A stretch of DNA of 64,000 nt from a virus. Positions within the stretch are counted from its first letter, which is position 1. Every line of letters begins with the position of its first letter. The translations under genes and the position numbers were made by a program. The stretch covers positions 1-64,000 of the IMG/VR virus record IMGVR_UViG_3300014501_000001; one strand, written 5' to 3'. Shown piece after piece: positions 59,456 to 64,000 of the stretch. The notes under the pieces were generated by a model. That model searched no databases. It had not been told where the DNA came from and worked only from the letters and a program-made list of their open reading frames with translations.

Positions 59456-60511
59456 TTCGAGGACATTGCCGGCCTGGCCAACCTGATCATGCTTCAGGAG
59501 GCCATGCTCGGAGAGGAATATCAGTTCATAGCGGGCACTTCCGCTCCGCTGGCCGTTCCCGCAGCACCGACCTGCACTGTCCGCACCGCCGGCTCCAATG
59601 AGACGGCGCTCAACACGAACATCACCGCGGTCAAGGTGGCCGCGACCAACTACTTCGGCTCGACCGCCGTCTCGGCGGCCTCGTCCACGTTCGCCGTGGC
59701 GTCCGGCCAGGTCGTGGATGTCACGATCGCCCCGGTCGCGGGCACGATGACCTACTCGATCTACGCCTTCACGTCCGGTTCCAGCTACTACCTGCTGGCA
59801 TCGGGCGTCGGCGGCCAGAAGTACACCCTGCAGGGCTTCTCGTCCCTGCCGACCGCCGTCGTCCCCCCGGCTGCCGACACCGGCACCGGGAAGAACACCC
59901 GGATGGAAGGCGTCATCCCGACGCTCACCGGGGCGTCGGCCGCTGCGGGGGTCTACCCCAGCGGCTGGCAGGGCGGCTACGTCAACCAGTCCGTGGGAAC
60001 CCACCTGTCCTACAACGCCATCTACACGGCGCTGGACAGCCTGTGGGAGTCCAACTCCAACTCACCGGGCGCATTCAAGGCGGACCCGCAGGAGATCGTC
60101 GGCGACGGCGGCGACATCATGCGCCTGTCCAACGACGTGATCTCGGCGGGGACGGCGACGAACTACCGCCTGTTCCTGGAGCAGCAGGAAGTCGGGGGAA
60201 TGCGCGTCGGCGGCGCCGTCAGCGAGTTCCAGAACCCGATCACCCGGTCCATCCTCAAGCTGGTCGTCCACCCCTGGTTCACGCAGGGCACGGCGGCCTT
60301 CATGACCTACCAGCCGCCGATGACCTACTCCCAGATCAGCAATGCCTGGGAAGCCCGAATGGTGCAAGATTACGCCAGTATTGCCTGGCCTGTCATAGAT
60401 GCGACCTTTAGGTTCTCAATCTTCTGGTATGGGGCCTTGATCGCGAATGCGCCATTCTTCTCCGGTTTGCTCCAGGGGCTCCAGATTAGTGACGTTACGC
60501 CCTACTCCTGA
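59456..60511 (+). CDS. Major capsid protein, exon 3
   Basis: FEDIAGLANL...EE; FN3-like insertion; LVVHPWFTQGT; YGAL...P. Confidence 0.8.
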   Translation, partial: FEDIAGLANLIMLQEAMLGEEYQFIAGTSAPLAVPAAPTCTVRTAGSNETALNTNITAVKVAATNYFGSTAVSAASSTFAVASGQVVDVTIAPVAGTMTYSIYAFTSGSSYYLLASGVGGQKYTLQGFSSLPTAVVPPAADTGTGKNTRMEGVIPTLTGASAAAGVYPSGWQGGYVNQSVGTHLSYNAIYTALDSLWESNSNSPGAFKADPQEIVGDGGDIMRLSNDVISAGTATNYRLFLEQQEVGGMRVGGAVSEFQNPITRSILKLVVHPWFTQGTAAFMTYQPPMTYSQISNAWEARMVQDYASIAWPVIDATFRFSIFWYGALIANAPFFSGLLQGLQISDVTPYS

Positions 60512-60570
60512 GCATTCATCCTGTTATGTCCGATTAGGACAGGCAGGGTAGCCGGAGTCTCACAGCGGTG

Positions 60571-60603
60571 CCGGGCCGGGCGCTCAGCAAGGGCGCCCGG
60601 CCC
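60571..60603 (+). terminator. GC-rich hairpin after the capsid gene
   Basis: CGGGCCGGGCGCTC...GGGCGCCCGGCCCG. Confidence 0.5.
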
Positions 60604-60676
60604 GAGCCCGCTCCCCAACTTCCCGCACTACCCGCAACAGGGCGGCCATGCCGCCAGTCACCACTACAGGAGGCGC

Positions 60677-61538
60677 ATGGCTCTCTTCGGGCCCGGATCC
60701 GCAACCACCGTCAGCACCGTCGCGACCCAGGTTTACACGCCCACCTCGGGCGGGCTGCAGGTGAACCCGACCGTCATCAACCAGGGACCCAGCACGTTCG
60801 CGGTAGGAACGTCCTCGGTGACCTACGCCACGGGGCTGCTGGTGGCGCCGGGTGACCAGGTGACCCTGCAGGGGCTGGAGATCGCGATCTACGCGATCTG
60901 CAACACGTCGAAGTCGTCGCTGGCCCTGGCGGGGCTGGCGACCGTGGAGTCGGTGGTCTGACCGGGCTCGCGGTTCCCGGCGGCGCATGGTCTCGCCCGC
61001 CGGGGCCGCGCGCCCTCGTCCTGTTCCTTCCTTTCCCCTGCCGGGTGAGTCCCGGAAGCATTGGAGATGCATGTCGCTTGCCGGAAAGAACCTCGCGCCC
61101 GGGACGGTCAGCGAGACCGCGAATATCACGTTCTCGGGGAACGTGGTCATCAGCGCCCAGGGCGGCGCCCTCGACGTCCACGGGGCGACGGGCTTCACCG
61201 CCGTTGCCCTGCAGGGCGGCGGGGCGCTGCCGACGATCACGGGGGTCACGCACTGCGTGGCGTCGGTGCCGAAGGGCCATGACCTGGGCGGGAACTTCAC
61301 GCTCACCGTCGATGCCTCAGGGGTCGCGTCGGGGACGATCGCCACGGTCGTGTTCGGGACGGTGCTGCCTGCTGCCCCGGTGGCGGTGTACGCCACCGCA
61401 TACGACTCGACTACCAGCGTGAACGTGACCACGGTGACGGCGACCTCGCTGGCTACCACGGGGTTCACGGTGTCGAACTCGGGGTCGGTCGCACCCACCC
61501 AGGTCATCAACGTGCAGTATTTCGTGGTCGCCGCCTAA
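60677..61538 (+). CDS. Two small structural proteins (60677-60961, 61071-61538)
   Basis: GGAG..GCATG starts; Thr/Val-rich. Confidence 0.65.
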
Positions 61539-61556
61539 CCGGACAAGGGGAACACA

Positions 61557-62696
61557 ATTCGCATACTCGCCCACAGTAACGCGCCATGGGAGAAATCGGG
61601 CTACGGTACGCAAATCGCCCTGCTTGCCCAGCGGCTGCCGGAACTCGGCCACGAGGTCGTGCTGTCCGCGTTCCACGGGCTCGGCGGATCGCCGCTGGCG
61701 TGGAACGGGATCACGGTCCTGCCCGGCGCGTTCCCCGGTGACCCGTACGGCGCCGGGATCCTGCCGCAGCACCGGGCACGGCACGGCGCGGACCTGATCA
61801 TCACCCTGATGGACGTGTGGGTGCTGGACCCGGCACCGCTGAAAGGCCAGCCCCTCGCCTGCTGGATGCCATCCGACTCCGAGCCGCTCTCGTCAGTTGA
61901 CAGGACGTTCCTGGACGCCTCCGGGGCCATCCCGATCGCGATGTCACGGTCAGGGGAGGCACGGCTCAAGGATGCGGGCTACTCGCCGCTCTACGTGCCG
62001 CACGGCATAGATGTCCAGTTGTTCTCGCCGTCGCCTATCCGGGAGGAGACCAGGGAGATCCTGGAGGCCACCGGGAAGTTCACGATCGGCATCAACGCGA
62101 ACAACAAGGACTCCTTCCGCAAGGGCATGTACGAGCAGATGGCCGCGTTCGCGAGGCTGCACGCGGCGCACCCGGACACGCTGCTGCTGATCCACGGCCT
62201 GGTCCACGAGGTCGGCTCGGTGGACCTGGCGCAGGTGACCCGCAACCTGGGGATTCAGGAGGCGGTGAAGTTCTGCGGGCAGTACGAGTACCTGACCGGG
62301 ATGATCACCAGCCAGCAGGTCGCGAACTGGTACGGGGCACTCGACCTGTACTCGCAGGCGAGCTTTGGCGAGGGCTTCGGGATCACGGCGCTGGAAGCGC
62401 AAGCGTGCGGCGTGCCTGTGGTCACAACCGACGCGGGGGCGATGGCGGAGATGTGCGGCGGCGGCTGGAAGGTCGCCGGGGAGAAGTTCTGGAACCCGGT
62501 GCACAACGCCTGCTGGACCCGCCCGTCGATCGCCGGCATCCACCGGGCGTATGAGCAGGCGTACCAGCGGGGCAAGGCGTACGAGGCCAAGAAGGCTAAG
62601 TGCGTCCCGTTCGCCGCGCAGTACGACGCTGACCGGGTGCTGAAAGAGCACTGGGCTCCCGCGCTCGCCGAGCTTGAGCGGAGGATCACGGCGTGA
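61557..62696 (+). CDS. GT4-family glycosyltransferase with probable ATT start
   Basis: (M)RILAHSNAPWEKSGYGTQ; VPHGID; EGFGITALEAQACGVPVV. Confidence 0.85.
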   Translation: MRILAHSNAPWEKSGYGTQIALLAQRLPELGHEVVLSAFHGLGGSPLAWNGITVLPGAFPGDPYGAGILPQHRARHGADLIITLMDVWVLDPAPLKGQPLACWMPSDSEPLSSVDRTFLDASGAIPIAMSRSGEARLKDAGYSPLYVPHGIDVQLFSPSPIREETREILEATGKFTIGINANNKDSFRKGMYEQMAAFARLHAAHPDTLLLIHGLVHEVGSVDLAQVTRNLGIQEAVKFCGQYEYLTGMITSQQVANWYGALDLYSQASFGEGFGITALEAQACGVPVVTTDAGAMAEMCGGGWKVAGEKFWNPVHNACWTRPSIAGIHRAYEQAYQRGKAYEAKKAKCVPFAAQYDADRVLKEHWAPALAELERRITA

Positions 62697-62988
62697 GTGA
62701 GCGCGAACCCGAGGTCCACCTGCTCAAGGAGGACAGCGCCAAGCCGGGATTGCGGCACCTGCCCGAGGAACACGCGCCCGTTACCACGGTCGCCGCTGAT
62801 CACCCTGTCGCCGTCCGGGAGCCGGGACGCTGCCAGGCATGCCATGCGTTCGCCCTGCTTGAGCGGCACTGGCCGGGCGGGATCCTGCTGCCGGGCCGCC
62901 ACGTTGAGATCTGCGCTGCGTGCCGGGGTCTGGGTGACGAGGAGATCATGCGGAGGCTGCCGGACTGGAGACGGGACGGGGCGAGCAC

Positions 62989-63876
62989 ATGAGGGTTCTC
63001 GTAACTGGGGGCGGGGGCTTCATCGGCCGCCACGCCTGTGACGCGCTGACGGCGGCCGGCCATTCGCCGCTGGTGCTCGACCGGCGGCGGGACCGCAACT
63101 GCGGGCATGACGTGATCCTCGGCGATGTCCGGGACGCGACGGCGGTCACGGAGGCGGTCGCGCACTGCGAGGGCGTCATCCACCTCGCCGGGGTGCTCGG
63201 GACGGCGGAGACGATCAGCAACCCGCGGCCGGCGGCGGAGGTCAACATCCTCGGCGGCCTGAACGTGGCCGAGGCATGCGCGCAGTACGGGGTGCCGCTG
63301 GTGAACATCGCGGTGGGGAACTGGTTCGAGTACAGCACCTACTCGGTCACCAAGAGCACCGTGGAGAGGTTCTGCGGGATGTACCGGCGGTACCGGGGCC
63401 TGCCCGTCGCGTCGGTGCGGGCCTTCAACGCCTACGGGCCGGGCCAGTCCGTCGCGGCGCCTTACGGCACGTCGAGGGTGCGGAAGATCATCCCGTCGTT
63501 CATCATGCGGGCACTGCACGGCGAGGCCATCGAGGTCTACGGCGACGGCTCCCAGGTGATGGACATGGTGTACGTCACCGATGTCGCCGCCGCGCTCGTC
63601 ACCGCACTGGAGGGCCTCGCGGCCGGGTGCGTGCCGGATGAGCCACTGGAGGCGGGCACCGGGCGGGCGACGACCGTGGCGCAGATCGCGGAGATGACCC
63701 GCGCCGAGGTGGAACGCCAGACCGGGGTCGCGGGCAAGGTGGGCTTCCTGCCGATGCGGCCAGGCGAGACCCCCGGCAGCGTCGTCCTCGCCAGCGCGGG
63801 CCTGCCCGGCTGCGTCCCGCTCGAGGACGGGCTCGCCCGGACGGTCACGCATTACCGGGAGGCGGCCGGGTGCTGA
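62989..63876 (+). CDS. NAD-dependent epimerase/dehydratase
   Basis: VTGGGGFIG, YSVTK, FNAYGPGQ, YGDGSQVMDMVYV. Confidence 0.9.
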   Translation: MRVLVTGGGGFIGRHACDALTAAGHSPLVLDRRRDRNCGHDVILGDVRDATAVTEAVAHCEGVIHLAGVLGTAETISNPRPAAEVNILGGLNVAEACAQYGVPLVNIAVGNWFEYSTYSVTKSTVERFCGMYRRYRGLPVASVRAFNAYGPGQSVAAPYGTSRVRKIIPSFIMRALHGEAIEVYGDGSQVMDMVYVTDVAAALVTALEGLAAGCVPDEPLEAGTGRATTVAQIAEMTRAEVERQTGVAGKVGFLPMRPGETPGSVVLASAGLPGCVPLEDGLARTVTHYREAAGC

Positions 63877-64000
63877 TCCACCGGATGTGGCTCGGCCCCC
63901 GCCCCATGCCGGCGCCGTTCCGCGGCTTCGGCAAGAGGTGGCAGGAGCTTAACCCCGGCGCGAAGGTCATCGAGTGGAGCTGGCACAACCTGCCGGAAGA
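63870..64000 (+). CDS. Partial DXD-type (GT32/OCH1-like) glycosyltransferase
   Basis: LIHRMWLGPRPMP...WQELNPG; runs off the window end. Confidence 0.65.
   Translation, partial: MLIHRMWLGPRPMPAPFRGFGKRWQELNPGAKVIEWSWHNLPE

Noticed and set aside
59235-59486. 83-aa ORF and the GTG start at 59435 for a separate capsid C-terminal gene
   Set aside because: Both lie in the intron 2 ribozyme; splicing explains the frame better
45360-60510. Low-GC patches as diversity-generating retroelement variable regions
   Set aside because: No reverse transcriptase and no template/variable repeat pair in the window; the encoded motifs stay intact

Overview
High-GC (roughly 70% by eye) segment of an actinobacterial tailed-phage or prophage genome. 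Layout: (1) 1-8037, a leftward early/recombination operon (HNH, Gp3-like RDF, PD-(D/E)XK exonuclease) behind a divergent cro/cI-like switch; (2) 9.3-18 kb, accessory genes (GntR, DDE transposase, a low-GC DUF3467/DUF5678/retropepsin cassette, HNH-AP2); (3) 18.2-27 kb, a module resembling actinomycete plasmid/AICE transfer regions (GntR-UTRA, WhiB, transglycosylase, membrane proteins, FtsK/TraB, DUF2637); (4) 30-35.2 kb, a leftward operon of small genes ending in a DUF3631 ATPase and a tyrosine recombinase; (5) 38.4-64 kb, packaging and head genes (TerS, TerL, a 1513-aa portal polyprotein, protease/scaffold, major capsid) followed by glycosylation genes. The strongest signals are RNA-level and are invisible in the ORF track. 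Two group I introns split the capsid gene around a 60-nt exon. Two type II hammerhead ribozymes bracket a 53-codon ORF and could release a self-circularising 231-nt RNA. A circularly permuted, YrlA-like tRNA mimic with complementary loops lies antisense inside the portal gene. One CGUCAA hairpin leader is shared by three unrelated nuclease/transposase genes. The portal polyprotein also carries a copy of a capsid-protein peptide. Protein family calls come from motif recognition only; no searches were run.
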